DNA of 39,806 nucleotides, taken from the NCBI GenBank assembly GCA_903944295.1, contig CAJARA010000034.1, positions 1-39,806 of the forward strand. Direction: 5' to 3'. A program made the position numbers and the translations under genes. The first letter of the stretch is position 1. Each line of letters starts with the position of its first letter. Below are positions 26,389-35,085 of this stretch, piece by piece. The stretch is from an uncultured Chloroflexota bacterium (lineage in GTDB: Bacteria; Chloroflexota; Limnocylindria; Limnocylindrales; Limnocylindraceae). A model generated the notes under the pieces. That model searched no databases and was not told where the DNA came from. It saw nothing but the letters and a program-made list of their open reading frames with translations.

Positions 26389-26853
26389 ATGACCTCACAG
26401 CGCACCCTCGTTCTGATCAAGCCAGACGGCGTTCAACGCCTTCTTGCTGGGCGCATCCTTTCGCGCTTCGAAGACCGCGGGCTGAAGATCGCCGCGATGA
26501 AGTTGATGCCGGTGAGCAAGCAGCTCGCCGAGACGCACTATGCCGTGCACTCCGCACGTCCCTTCTTCGCTGGTCTCGTGCAGTTCATCACCTCTGGTCC
26601 CGTCGTCGCCCTCGTCCTTGAGGGGCCGAACGCGATCGCCGTGGTTCGCTCCATGGTTGGCGCGACGAAGCCACATGAGGCGGCGCCAGGAACAATCCGC
26701 GGCGACTTCGGCCTTGAGACGGCGAAGAACCTTATCCATGCGTCAGATGCACCAGAGACTGCGGTTGCAGAGATCGCGCTCTGGTTCACGCCCGCTGAGC
26801 TTGTTGATTACAGCCGCGGCGTGGACGACTGGATCCTCTCCGACGAGGAGTAG
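26389..26853 (+). CDS. ndk: Nucleoside diphosphate kinase
   Basis: RTLVLIKPDGVQR, YAVHSARPFF, TIRGDFG and NLIHASD. Confidence 0.95.
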   Translation: MTSQRTLVLIKPDGVQRLLAGRILSRFEDRGLKIAAMKLMPVSKQLAETHYAVHSARPFFAGLVQFITSGPVVALVLEGPNAIAVVRSMVGATKPHEAAPGTIRGDFGLETAKNLIHASDAPETAVAEIALWFTPAELVDYSRGVDDWILSDEE

Positions 26854-26889
26854 CTCCGCCCGATTAGTCCGCCGTTGCGCGGCGTAACG

Positions 26890-28368
26890 TTACGGCGTTG
26901 AGTATTGCGGGACACTCTCCACCGGGTCTGGGCGTAGCAGACCAGACGCAGCCGCTTCAATGTTGATGAGCCCTGCAGCGACCCCAGAGATCAGGATCGC
27001 GCCAGCCATGAGCCAGATCGCCGCTGGGCTTAGGACCTTACCTTTTCGAGTTCGGTGAACATCTTGGCTCTCTTGCGCTACGCCAATGAGGAGGAGTCGA
27101 ACCGCCGCCGCAGCGAGTGCTCCGGCGCCAAGTAGTGCACCGACGGTGACCAAGAGGCTGCCACCCTGGCCCGCAATGTCAAACCCCCCAGAGAAGAACT
27201 CACGCGCAGGGACTGCAGCTTGGGAGACGACCGCACAGATCAGCACAACGCCAAGTGCTCGGGTGCGCCGCGCCCAGCCGCTTAACTCTTGGAGCGACGT
27301 CAGTTCGTAGTGGCGTCGGATGGAGATGCGCCAGAGACCGAAGAGTGAGATCACGAGCGCACCAGGGAGGGCGACCAGGAGCGGACCAACCGCAGATGGG
27401 TGCAAGATGATTGCGGCTGCGCCGAGTGTGAGCCAGCCCGCGTTCCCCACCGCAAGGAATCCAAGGACTTCGCCAACGTCGTCATGAAGCAGCGCGGAGA
27501 GGCCACCGAAAAGTAGCGTCACCGTGCCTGTGATGAAGAGTGCGGCGACCACTGCGCCGCCGATCGGCTCACTCACTGAAGAGGAGAGGAGCGAGAGTTC
27601 GTTGAGGATAATCAGGCTAAGTGCGGCGGGAATCCAGACACCGACCATCAGTGATCCAACGATCGGGAGTGACTCAAAGATTCGCACCAGTCTGTGGTGG
27701 AAGGGGAAGGCGCCAATCATCCCAAGGAGGACGAGAGAGAGCGTCAGCGCAACGCCTGCAGTAAGTGATGAGGTGGTTGCGTATGAGGGATCAGTGGCGG
27801 AGAGGGGGATGGCAGAGCGAAGCAGCTCAGCCATGACCGTGACGGTGAGTAGCACGCCAACGGTGCGTAGATCGCGAAAGACGGCGCGAGCGCGTTGAGC
27901 GTCTTCCTTATCTCCAGCGGCAAGCGCAGAGAGTGAGGCGCTCCCGACAAGGAGGAGCGTGATGGGGGCGAGGCCGATCGGGATTGCAAGCGCAAGATCG
28001 ATGAGCGCGAGACCGAAGAGGGCAACCTGCCCCATTGCTCCGGCACGACGCCCCTGTCCCACAGCAACGATGAGGGCGAAGACCGCTCCACCGAGTGTGA
28101 CGAGGAGACGGCCCGGCTCGCTCGGGTCAACGGTGATCAGTCCTGCGTTCAGTGTTGAGCCGTATCCACTCCCGGCGAGCAGTGCGGCAACACTGCTAAG
28201 CAAGAGGAGAGCGACTGCTGCACTACCGCCTCGCACATGCGCATCCCTCTTACTGCCGAAGCGATCTGATCGAACGATAGGAATGACAAAGAGACTGAGC
28301 AGTGCGAAGAGGAGTGGGGAGAGGGCGCGGATCGCGCTTAGCGCCTGCAGTGTTAGCGCATCGTTCAT
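26890..28368 (-). CDS. Uncharacterised polytopic membrane protein (492 aa, about 14 TM), weakly NuoL/M/N-MrpD-like
   Basis: Hydrophobic throughout. The segment GAFPFHHRLVRIFESLPIVGSLM faintly resembles the PFHxWLP..E.P.PVSAL region of proton-antiporter-like subunits. ATG 28368 has a GGAGGAG SD and overlaps the upstream TAA (TAATG). Confidence 0.5.
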   Translation of the reverse strand: MNDALTLQALSAIRALSPLLFALLSLFVIPIVRSDRFGSKRDAHVRGGSAAVALLLLSSVAALLAGSGYGSTLNAGLITVDPSEPGRLLVTLGGAVFALIVAVGQGRRAGAMGQVALFGLALIDLALAIPIGLAPITLLLVGSASLSALAAGDKEDAQRARAVFRDLRTVGVLLTVTVMAELLRSAIPLSATDPSYATTSSLTAGVALTLSLVLLGMIGAFPFHHRLVRIFESLPIVGSLMVGVWIPAALSLIILNELSLLSSSVSEPIGGAVVAALFITGTVTLLFGGLSALLHDDVGEVLGFLAVGNAGWLTLGAAAIILHPSAVGPLLVALPGALVISLFGLWRISIRRHYELTSLQELSGWARRTRALGVVLICAVVSQAAVPAREFFSGGFDIAGQGGSLLVTVGALLGAGALAAAAVRLLLIGVAQESQDVHRTRKGKVLSPAAIWLMAGAILISGVAAGLINIEAAASGLLRPDPVESVPQYSTP

Positions 28369-28976
28369 TACTCCTCCGCCTTGGTGAGTTGCCCGGCAAC
28401 TGCAGCGCCAATCAGAAGCAGGGCGGCGAACCCAGCCGCCATCGCGATGGAGCTGAAGAGGTCGAGCGCTCCGAGAATTGAGGCGCGCAGAAGGAGCGCA
28501 CCTGAAAGTGTCACCACCGCTGCGCGCGCCGTTGCCTCTACGTAACGACTTGTGAGCAGCGGTGGCAGTCCAATCAGGAGCAGCGCAACTCCTGCGCCGC
28601 GCAGAAGCACGGAGCTCCCTTCAATCGGCAGCGCTAGCGGGATCGCGCCAAGGATCAGTCCGGCTGCAGCGCTTACGGCAACGACCGGATGATCAGCCAG
28701 CGTTGCGATGAGGCGGCGCGGCTGTAGGTCGTGAGCGAGTGCGCGCCGTTCCAGCATCCCCGCTGGGAGTGCATAAAGGGTCGCGCCATAGATCGCGGCA
28801 AGTCGCAGGAGGAGTGCGGGGGAGAGCGAGTCGGTCGGTCGGAACTCTAAGAGTGCGGCCACGGTGGTCATCAGCAGCAGCGCAATCCACGCGCCTCGGC
28901 GCGCACTCGTCACGGCGAGCGCCCCGCTGAGTGCCGCAACGGCTGCGAGCGGCAGTTCAAGCAAGAGAGGGTTCAC
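28368..28976 (-). CDS. Uncharacterised membrane protein (202 aa, about 6 TM)
   Basis: Hydrophobic Ala/Leu-rich ORF. Its GTG start overlaps the lepB TGA (GTGA at 28973-28976). Confidence 0.5.
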   Translation of the reverse strand: MNPLLLELPLAAVAALSGALAVTSARRGAWIALLLMTTVAALLEFRPTDSLSPALLLRLAAIYGATLYALPAGMLERRALAHDLQPRRLIATLADHPVVAVSAAAGLILGAIPLALPIEGSSVLLRGAGVALLLIGLPPLLTSRYVEATARAAVVTLSGALLLRASILGALDLFSSIAMAAGFAALLLIGAAVAGQLTKAEE

Positions 28977-29536
28977 GGCACCGCGATGTTGTAAAGGGGC
29001 GGCGTAATGAGTGACATCCGATCAATTGGGTAGTAGCGAATCACAGCACGACCAACAACCGCACTGACAGGGATCGGTCCGTAGGCACGCGAGTCTGACG
29101 AGTTAGAGCGGTGATCGCCAAAGACGAGCAGCTCTTCTGCAGCGAGCGTCCAGCTCTGTGGCTCTTCAACGTTTTCGCCGCCGTCAAGGTAGACGTAACC
29201 TTCAGGGAGGAGCACTCCGTTGATGCGCACACCGTCAGGGCCGATCGACACCGTCTCACCGGGGAGGCCAATGACGCGCTTGATATAGGGGGTGTTGTCA
29301 CGGCTGGAGGGCCAGCTTTCAGGCGGATGGAAGATCACCACGTCGCCCCGGTGGAATCCTGTCACCCGCGGGGAGAGCTTATCAACGAGCACATACTCCC
29401 CAGGCTCAAACGTGATGCGCATTGAGCCCTGCTCCACACGGAAGGGCTGGGCGATGAAGGTTTGGAGGAGGTAAAAGGCGACCACGGTGAGCGCGACGGT
29501 CTGAGCGATCTCAATGAGGAGGTGACGCTTCCGCAT
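28973..29536 (-). CDS. lepB: Signal peptidase I
   Basis: One N-terminal TM, catalytic GSM (QGSMRITF), YIKRVIGLPGE (Lys box) and GDHRSNSSDSR (box E). I start at ATG 29536 (MRKRHLL...), which is 6 nt downstream of TATACT. The track's 300-aa version adds a non-coding-looking head. Confidence 0.88.
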   Translation of the reverse strand: MRKRHLLIEIAQTVALTVVAFYLLQTFIAQPFRVEQGSMRITFEPGEYVLVDKLSPRVTGFHRGDVVIFHPPESWPSSRDNTPYIKRVIGLPGETVSIGPDGVRINGVLLPEGYVYLDGGENVEEPQSWTLAAEELLVFGDHRSNSSDSRAYGPIPVSAVVGRAVIRYYPIDRMSLITPPLYNIAVP

Positions 29537-29542
29537 CTGGGG

Positions 29543-29548
29543 AGTATA
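29543..29548 (-). promoter_or_regulatory. Candidate -10 box (TATACT) for a leaderless lepB operon
   Basis: Minus strand reads TATACT-ccccag-ATG (29548->29534). Confidence 0.45.
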
Positions 29549-29590
29549 GGGGTGCGCCGCGGGGCCACCCCGAGAGAGGGAGTGGGCTGG

Positions 29591-29620
29591 TTGACCCACA
29601 TCGGGAGGGAGCCCTACCAT
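29591..29620 (+). promoter_or_regulatory. Candidate sigma70-type promoter for hppA (-35 TTGACC, 18-nt spacer, -10 TACCAT)
   Basis: TTGACC at 29591-29596 and TACCAT at 29615-29620. This predicts a leader of about 125 nt before ATG 29753. Confidence 0.4.
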
Positions 29621-29752
29621 CGCGCTACTGGGTGCCCATCCCAGTCGGGTCGCAGATGCGGTCCGTAGCCCGACAGACGCCCGACCCGAAGCGCGGTGCA
29701 CGCACCGCGGCCACGCGACGGATCTGGACGCATCGGAGGAGTGTTCAAACAT

Positions 29753-31957
29753 ATGGAAATCACTACGGCGCTGCTGCAGAGTTTGATTCTCCCAGCAGGT
29801 ATCGTCGCCATCCTCTTCGCCCTCTGGCTCGCGAAGGACGTCCTCGGACGTGATCGCGGCACAAAGGCGATGCAAGAGGTTGCCGGCACCATCTTTGAAG
29901 GCGCGGTCGCATTCATGCGACGTCAGTACACCACGATCGCCGTGCTCGCGGTGGTCGGCTCGGTGGCAATCGGCGCACTGATCTCGGTCTTCGAGACCCA
30001 GGCGGTTGCAGAGACGGATATCTACGGCGTGGATCTTGGGATCCGCACCGGCGTGAGCTTCCTCTTTGGCGCGATCTGCTCGATGGCCTCCGGGATCATC
30101 GGCATGTACATCAGCGTGAAGGCGAACCTTCGCACCACCGCCGCTGCACGTGGCGGCGTTGTGAAGGCGGTGCAGGTTGCCATGCGCGGCGGAGCCGTCT
30201 CCGGCTTCCTCGTTGTGGCGCTCTCACTGCTCGGCGTCTACAGCGTCTTCGTCGCCTTCGGTGGTTTGACGAATCCAGCTGAGGCACCATTCCTTATTGT
30301 TGGTTACGGCTTCGGCGCCTCGTTCGTGGCGCTCTTCGCTCAGCTCGGTGGTGGTATCTACACCAAGGCCGCCGACGTTGGCTCAGACCTTGTTGGCAAG
30401 GTTGAGAAGGGCATCCCTGAGGATGACCCTCGCAATGCAGGCGTGATCGCCGACCTCGTTGGCGACAACGTGGGCGACTGCGCCGGCCGCGGCGCCGACC
30501 TCTTTGAATCAACCGCCGCCGAGAATATCGGCGCAATGATCCTCGGCGTTGGCGCCTACGGGATCGCTTCAACCGCCGGCTGGGCAAACCCAGAGGCCTG
30601 GATCTTCTTCCCACTCGTCGTGCGCGCCTTCGGGCTCGTCGGCACAATCGTGGCGATGTTCTTCGTGAACGGCCGCGAGGACGAGGATCCAATGAACATG
30701 CTCAACCGCGGCTACTGGGTCACCACGGCCCTTTCAGCCATCGGCATGGCGATTACCTGTGCGGTGATGCTCCAGACCAACGGGACCGACGCCTGGCTCT
30801 ACTTCTTTGGCGCTGGCGTTGTGGGTCTCGCCACCAGCGTGGCGTTCGTCTACATCACCCAGTTCTATACGGCGGGCTCGTACCGCCCAGTTCGTGAGCT
30901 CGCCGAGGCGAGCCGCACGGGCGCCGCAACAAACATCATCTCCGGCACGGCAGTTGGTTTCGAGACAACGCTCGTGACCGCCGTTTCCATCTCCATTGCG
31001 ATCTTCGCGTCGCACTGGTTCGGCGAGCAGGCGGCGATCGCCGCAGGCTTGGTCGGCGAGGATGTCGCGAAGTTCGGCATCTTCGGTACCGCAGTGGCCA
31101 CCATGGGCATGCTCATGACCACGGCGTACATCCTTGCAATGGACACCTTCGGGCCAATCACGGACAACGCCGGCGGGATCGCCGAGTTCAGCCGTGCACC
31201 GAAGTCGGTTCGCCACATCACGGATCGCCTAGACGCAGTCGGCAACACGACGAAGGCCCTCACCAAGGGCTACGCGATCGCTTCGGCATCGCTCGCCGCG
31301 TTCCTCCTCTTCTCGGCATACCGTGACAAGGTCAACCTCATTCTCGAGCGCGCCGGCCGACCACTTATGGACGCGGTGAACATCGCGGACGTGAACGTCT
31401 TCATCGGCGCACTCATCGGCGCAATGCTCGCCTACTTCTTCAGCTCCCTCGCAATTCGCGCGGTAGGGAAGACGGCGCAGGCGATCATCGTTGAAGTGCG
31501 ACGTCAGTTCCGCGAGTCGCCAGGGATCATGACCTACAAGGTTCGCCCTGACTACGCTCGCGTGGTCGACATCACCACCAAGGCTGCACTGCGCGAGATG
31601 ATCGCGCCAGGTGTGGTTGCGGTGGCCACCCCAGTCATCGTTGGACTCCTGCTCGGCTACGAGGCGGTTGGCGGCATGTTGATCGTTGGAACGATCAGCG
31701 GCGTCCTCCTCGCCACGGTGTTGAACAACTCCGGCGGGGCATGGGATAACGCAAAGAAGTACATCGAGTCGGGTGGACTCAAGGATGCCAAGGGGAAGGT
31801 TCTTGGCAAGGGGAGCGACGCGCACGCCGCAGCGGTGGTGGGCGATACCGTTGGCGACCCATTCAAGGACACCGCTGGTCCGTCGCTTCACGTGCTCGTG
31901 AAGCTGCTCGCCACGGTGACCCTGGTGCTCGCACCGCTCTTTATCGGAGCGGCCTGA
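29753..31957 (+). CDS. hppA: Membrane-bound proton-translocating pyrophosphatase, K+-independent type
   Basis: About 16 TM. Motifs GGGIYTKAADVGSDLVGKVE, DNVGDCAGRGADLFES and DAVGNTTKALTKGYAIASA. The Lys in GNTTKA is the known marker of K+-independent enzymes. ATG 29753 has a GGAGGA SD. Confidence 0.93.
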   Translation: MEITTALLQSLILPAGIVAILFALWLAKDVLGRDRGTKAMQEVAGTIFEGAVAFMRRQYTTIAVLAVVGSVAIGALISVFETQAVAETDIYGVDLGIRTGVSFLFGAICSMASGIIGMYISVKANLRTTAAARGGVVKAVQVAMRGGAVSGFLVVALSLLGVYSVFVAFGGLTNPAEAPFLIVGYGFGASFVALFAQLGGGIYTKAADVGSDLVGKVEKGIPEDDPRNAGVIADLVGDNVGDCAGRGADLFESTAAENIGAMILGVGAYGIASTAGWANPEAWIFFPLVVRAFGLVGTIVAMFFVNGREDEDPMNMLNRGYWVTTALSAIGMAITCAVMLQTNGTDAWLYFFGAGVVGLATSVAFVYITQFYTAGSYRPVRELAEASRTGAATNIISGTAVGFETTLVTAVSISIAIFASHWFGEQAAIAAGLVGEDVAKFGIFGTAVATMGMLMTTAYILAMDTFGPITDNAGGIAEFSRAPKSVRHITDRLDAVGNTTKALTKGYAIASASLAAFLLFSAYRDKVNLILERAGRPLMDAVNIADVNVFIGALIGAMLAYFFSSLAIRAVGKTAQAIIVEVRRQFRESPGIMTYKVRPDYARVVDITTKAALREMIAPGVVAVATPVIVGLLLGYEAVGGMLIVGTISGVLLATVLNNSGGAWDNAKKYIESGGLKDAKGKVLGKGSDAHAAAVVGDTVGDPFKDTAGPSLHVLVKLLATVTLVLAPLFIGAA

Positions 31958-32009
31958 GCACGGTCTAGCGTGAGGCGAGAGCAGCTCGCCGCAGAAGTAC
32001 CTGTTGCGA

Positions 32010-32044
32010 TTGGGCGGCACACTCCTCGTGGAGGTGCCGCCCAA
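32010..32044 (+). terminator. Strong hairpin downstream of hppA (probable terminator)
   Basis: TTGGGCGGCAC-a-CTCC-tcgt-GGAG-GTGCCGCCCAA gives 15 bp with one bulged A. It starts 52 nt after the hppA stop. No U-tract. Confidence 0.5.
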
Positions 32045-32047
32045 CGC

Positions 32048-32053
32048 TATGGT
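32048..32053 (+). promoter_or_regulatory. Candidate -10 box (GC-TATGGT) for uppP
   Basis: CGCTATGGT lies 34 nt upstream of ATG 32088, with a GAGAGGGGG SD in between. Confidence 0.3.
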
Positions 32054-32087
32054 TCAGCAGTAGTGGACGAGAGAGAGGGGGTGCGGG

Positions 32088-32948
32088 ATGCCTGATGCGA
32101 GCGGACTCAACGATCTGCTGCTGGCACTCGCCCTCGGCGTTGTACAGGGGCTCACCGAATTCTTCCCGATCTCCTCATCCGCGCACCTCTACGCGATCCC
32201 GTATCTCTTCTCCATCAGCGATCCACTCCTCGCCTCACGCGCCTTCGGCGCCGTACTGCACCTCGGCACGCTCGCCGCAGTCCTCGTTGCACTCCGGAGC
32301 GATGTGACGCGCCTGCTCAGCTGTGTGTTCGTGCCGATCCTCTCGCTCGGTCGCCGTCGTGGCGATTCCGCTGATGAGCGGCTCATCATTGCAATCCTGG
32401 TCGGTACGATCCCCGCTGTCATCTTTGGACTCTTCGCTGGAGAGTTTCTTGACACGAGCGTTCGTACCCCACTCGTTGTTGCGGTAGCCGTCCTCGCTGG
32501 TGCGGCACTGCTCTGGGTTGCCGATCGCGCGCAGTCGCTGCAGCGTCCGCTCACTGGCATCGCAGCGCTCGACGGCGTTGTCATCGGCCTTACGCAGGCG
32601 CTCGCACTCATCCCTGGAATCAGCCGCTCTGGTGCAACGATCAGTGCCGGGCTCCTGCTCGGCTTTAGCCGCGATGCTGCGGCGCGGATCAGCTTCTTGA
32701 TGGGGATCCCCGCCATTGCTGGCGCCGGCGCTCTTGAACTCCGATCACTACTTCAGGAGGGTGGTGACATCCAGCAGACGGCCCCACTCCTTCTCGTTGG
32801 ACTTCTCGCATCATTCTTCAGCGGCCTCGTTGCGATTCGTCTCCTCATCCGTCTGCTGAGTGGTGGAAAGCTCTGGAGCTTTGCGCTCTATCGCGTGGGG
32901 TTTGCGCTGCTACTTGTTGCCGTTGCACTGCTGCGCGGCGAGATCTAG
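32088..32948 (+). CDS. uppP: Undecaprenyl-diphosphate phosphatase
   Basis: QGLTEFFPISSSAHL and PGISRSGATI motifs, 8 TM. Confidence 0.93.
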   Translation: MPDASGLNDLLLALALGVVQGLTEFFPISSSAHLYAIPYLFSISDPLLASRAFGAVLHLGTLAAVLVALRSDVTRLLSCVFVPILSLGRRRGDSADERLIIAILVGTIPAVIFGLFAGEFLDTSVRTPLVVAVAVLAGAALLWVADRAQSLQRPLTGIAALDGVVIGLTQALALIPGISRSGATISAGLLLGFSRDAAARISFLMGIPAIAGAGALELRSLLQEGGDIQQTAPLLLVGLLASFFSGLVAIRLLIRLLSGGKLWSFALYRVGFALLLVAVALLRGEI

Positions 32949-32979
32949 CGCGGCGCATGGCGGGGGGAGACGGACGACG

Positions 32980-33468
32980 ATGGATTTAGGGAAGGATCTG
33001 CGACACCGCGCACTGCGCGACCTTGTGGCGCGCCGCGCCATTCGGACGCAGCGCGAGTTGGTCTCTGCCCTTAAGTCGCAAGGGATCCCTGCAACGCAGG
33101 CAACGGTGAGCCGCGACATCACTGAGCTCGGCCTCACCAAGGTAGACCGGAGCGGTTCACCCGCCTACGCGCTCCCTGCTGGCGGGAGTGTGGAGCAGGT
33201 CGCAGAGGCGCGGCTCTCCGCGCTTCTCGGCGATGCGCCGCTAGAGATCTCAACTGCAGGGGCGATCCTTGTGCTGAAGACGCTCCCAGGGAGCGCACAC
33301 GCGATCGCCGCATCACTCGATCGCCTCCGCCTCCCTGAGGTGGTGGGGACGGTGGCAGGGGATGACACCCTCTTCGTGGCGGTGAACGATCAGGCGGCCC
33401 TGCGCGCGCTTCGTGCGCGATTCCGCACCCTCGCCGCCCAGAAGGGGCACGGCGCAGGCGAGCGCTAG
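32980..33468 (+). CDS. argR: Arginine repressor
   Basis: The winged-helix N-terminus is RTQRELVSALKSQGIPATQATVSRDITELGL. The C-terminal motif is GTVAGDDTLFV. I start at ATG 32980, because the track's 32860 overlaps uppP. Confidence 0.88.
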   Translation: MDLGKDLRHRALRDLVARRAIRTQRELVSALKSQGIPATQATVSRDITELGLTKVDRSGSPAYALPAGGSVEQVAEARLSALLGDAPLEISTAGAILVLKTLPGSAHAIAASLDRLRLPEVVGTVAGDDTLFVAVNDQAALRALRARFRTLAAQKGHGAGER

Positions 33469-33471
33469 GAT
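33466..33471 (+). promoter_or_regulatory. Candidate -10 box (GC-TAGGAT) for leaderless lysK
   Basis: GCGCTAGGAT-tcgctc-ATG. The TAG of the box is the argR stop codon. Confidence 0.4.
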
Positions 33472-33477
33472 TCGCTC

Positions 33478-35076
33478 ATGTATTGGGCAGATGAACTCGC
33501 CGAACGCGTCTCCGGACCTCAAGTGGTCAACGACTCTAAGACGCCGTCTGGCACCGTCCATGTGGGGAGCCTTCGCGGCCCCGTTGTCCATGACGTGATC
33601 GCACGCGCCCTGCGCGCACGGGGTGTCCCGGTGGAGTTCCGTTACGGCGTGGAAGACATGGACGCAATGGATGCGCAGGCGCTCCTCACCCCTGACGCCG
33701 TAGAGAAGTACATGGGGGTGCCACTCTCCCGCGTCCCTGCGCCAGAGGGTTCAACGGCGAAGAACTACGCGCGTCACTTTGTTGAGACGCTCTTCTTCCC
33801 CACCTTCGCGCGTCTCGGCATTCGTCCAGAGTTCTACTGGCTCTCCGAGATCTATCCAACAGGGAAGATGGATCCGTTCATGCGCACGGCACTCGATAAG
33901 GCGCAGATTATTCGCGATCTCTACATCCGTGTCAGCAACGTGGAGCGTCCAGCTGGCTGGCTCCCCGTCCAGGTGATCTGCGAAGCGTGTGGTCGCCTTG
34001 GGACAACACTCGCCGACGACTGGGATGGAAGCACGGTGCACTACCGCTGCCTCCCCGATTACGTGAAGTGGGCAACAGGCTGTGGTCATGAGGGGCGCGT
34101 TGCGCCATTCGGTGGCGCCGCGAAGATGCCGTTCAATGTGGAGTGGGCGGCGAAGTGGTCACTGATGGGGATCACGATTGAAGGGTGTGGCAAAGACCTC
34201 TCTACGAAGGGTGGCTCACGAGATCGCAGCGAGGCGGTCTCGCGCGAGGTCTTTGATCGCGAGCCGCCGATCAACGTGATGTACGAGTTCCTCAATGTGG
34301 GTGGAAAGAAGATGTCCACCTCCAAGGGGCACGGCGCTGCGGCACATGCGGTCGCGGAGTCGATCCCGCCGAGCGCGCTGCGCTTCCTCTTCCTGCGACC
34401 ACGCCCGAACCAGGCGATCGACTTTGACCCCTCAGGCACGGACGCGATTCCGCGGCTGATGGACGAGTACGACCGCATCAGCGCTGCGACGGCGGGGAAG
34501 ACGGTACGTGGTGAACTTCCAACTGATCACGATCGGATGCACTTCTATAGCCAGGTGGCGGATGTTGATGCGGCAGGGGCTGCAACGGCTGCGGCGGCCT
34601 GGCGTCCAGCCTTCGGTCAGCTCTCGCTACTCCTGCAGCTCCCGGGCGTTGATGCACCGGCTCGCGCCGCGGAGGAGAAGGGGAGCCCGCTGACCGCCGA
34701 TGAGCAGCAGGAGCTAGATGAGCGCATTGATGCGGCGAAGCACTGGCTCGCCGACTACGCGCCAGATGAGGCACGCATTGCGGTGCGCGACGAACTTCCA
34801 GAAGGCGTGGTGCGCGAACTCTCCGCAGAGGAGCGCGCCTGGCTGCTCGCCCTCGCCACGGCGGCAGATGCGGCGAAGCCAACGGGTGGCGAGGCGTGGC
34901 AGAGCCTCATCTTCAGCGCCGCCAAGGAGGGGGGCCTCCAGCCCGTGCGCGCCTTCGCTTCGCTCTACGCCGCCTTCCTCGGACGCACCAACGGCCCGCG
35001 CGCCGGTTGGCTCCTCGCCGCGCTCGATCCCGCACTTGTGGCGACGCGGCTGCGCGCCGCCGCTGCGATTGAGTAG
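33478..35076 (+). CDS. lysK: Lysine--tRNA ligase, class I
   Basis: The N-terminus MYWADELAERV...SKTPSGTVHVGSLRG is the class I LysRS HIGH-equivalent. KMSTSKG is the KMSKS loop. Length is about 530 aa. Confidence 0.88.
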   Translation: MYWADELAERVSGPQVVNDSKTPSGTVHVGSLRGPVVHDVIARALRARGVPVEFRYGVEDMDAMDAQALLTPDAVEKYMGVPLSRVPAPEGSTAKNYARHFVETLFFPTFARLGIRPEFYWLSEIYPTGKMDPFMRTALDKAQIIRDLYIRVSNVERPAGWLPVQVICEACGRLGTTLADDWDGSTVHYRCLPDYVKWATGCGHEGRVAPFGGAAKMPFNVEWAAKWSLMGITIEGCGKDLSTKGGSRDRSEAVSREVFDREPPINVMYEFLNVGGKKMSTSKGHGAAAHAVAESIPPSALRFLFLRPRPNQAIDFDPSGTDAIPRLMDEYDRISAATAGKTVRGELPTDHDRMHFYSQVADVDAAGAATAAAAWRPAFGQLSLLLQLPGVDAPARAAEEKGSPLTADEQQELDERIDAAKHWLADYAPDEARIAVRDELPEGVVRELSAEERAWLLALATAADAAKPTGGEAWQSLIFSAAKEGGLQPVRAFASLYAAFLGRTNGPRAGWLLAALDPALVATRLRAAAAIE

Positions 35077-35079
35077 AGT
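35074..35079 (+). promoter_or_regulatory. Candidate -10 box (TAGAGT) ahead of the serS mini-ORF
   Basis: TAGAGT-tcgcgc-ATG (ATG at 35086). The TAG is the lysK stop codon. Confidence 0.3.
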
Positions 35080-35085
35080 TCGCGC

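Noticed and set aside
26883-26894. Perfect 12-nt palindrome CGTAACGTTACG between convergent ndk and the 492-aa membrane gene, considered as a terminator
   Set aside because: It has no loop, is short, and overlaps the stop codon of the membrane gene. It is too weak to call a terminator. A protein-binding site cannot be excluded, but there is no second copy in the window.
29537-29875. N-terminal 113-codon extension of lepB in the ORF track (300-aa version)
   Set aside because: The extension has no signal-peptidase similarity and a non-coding-like composition. The TM anchor and all catalytic boxes follow Met114, which also has a TATACT-N6 context.
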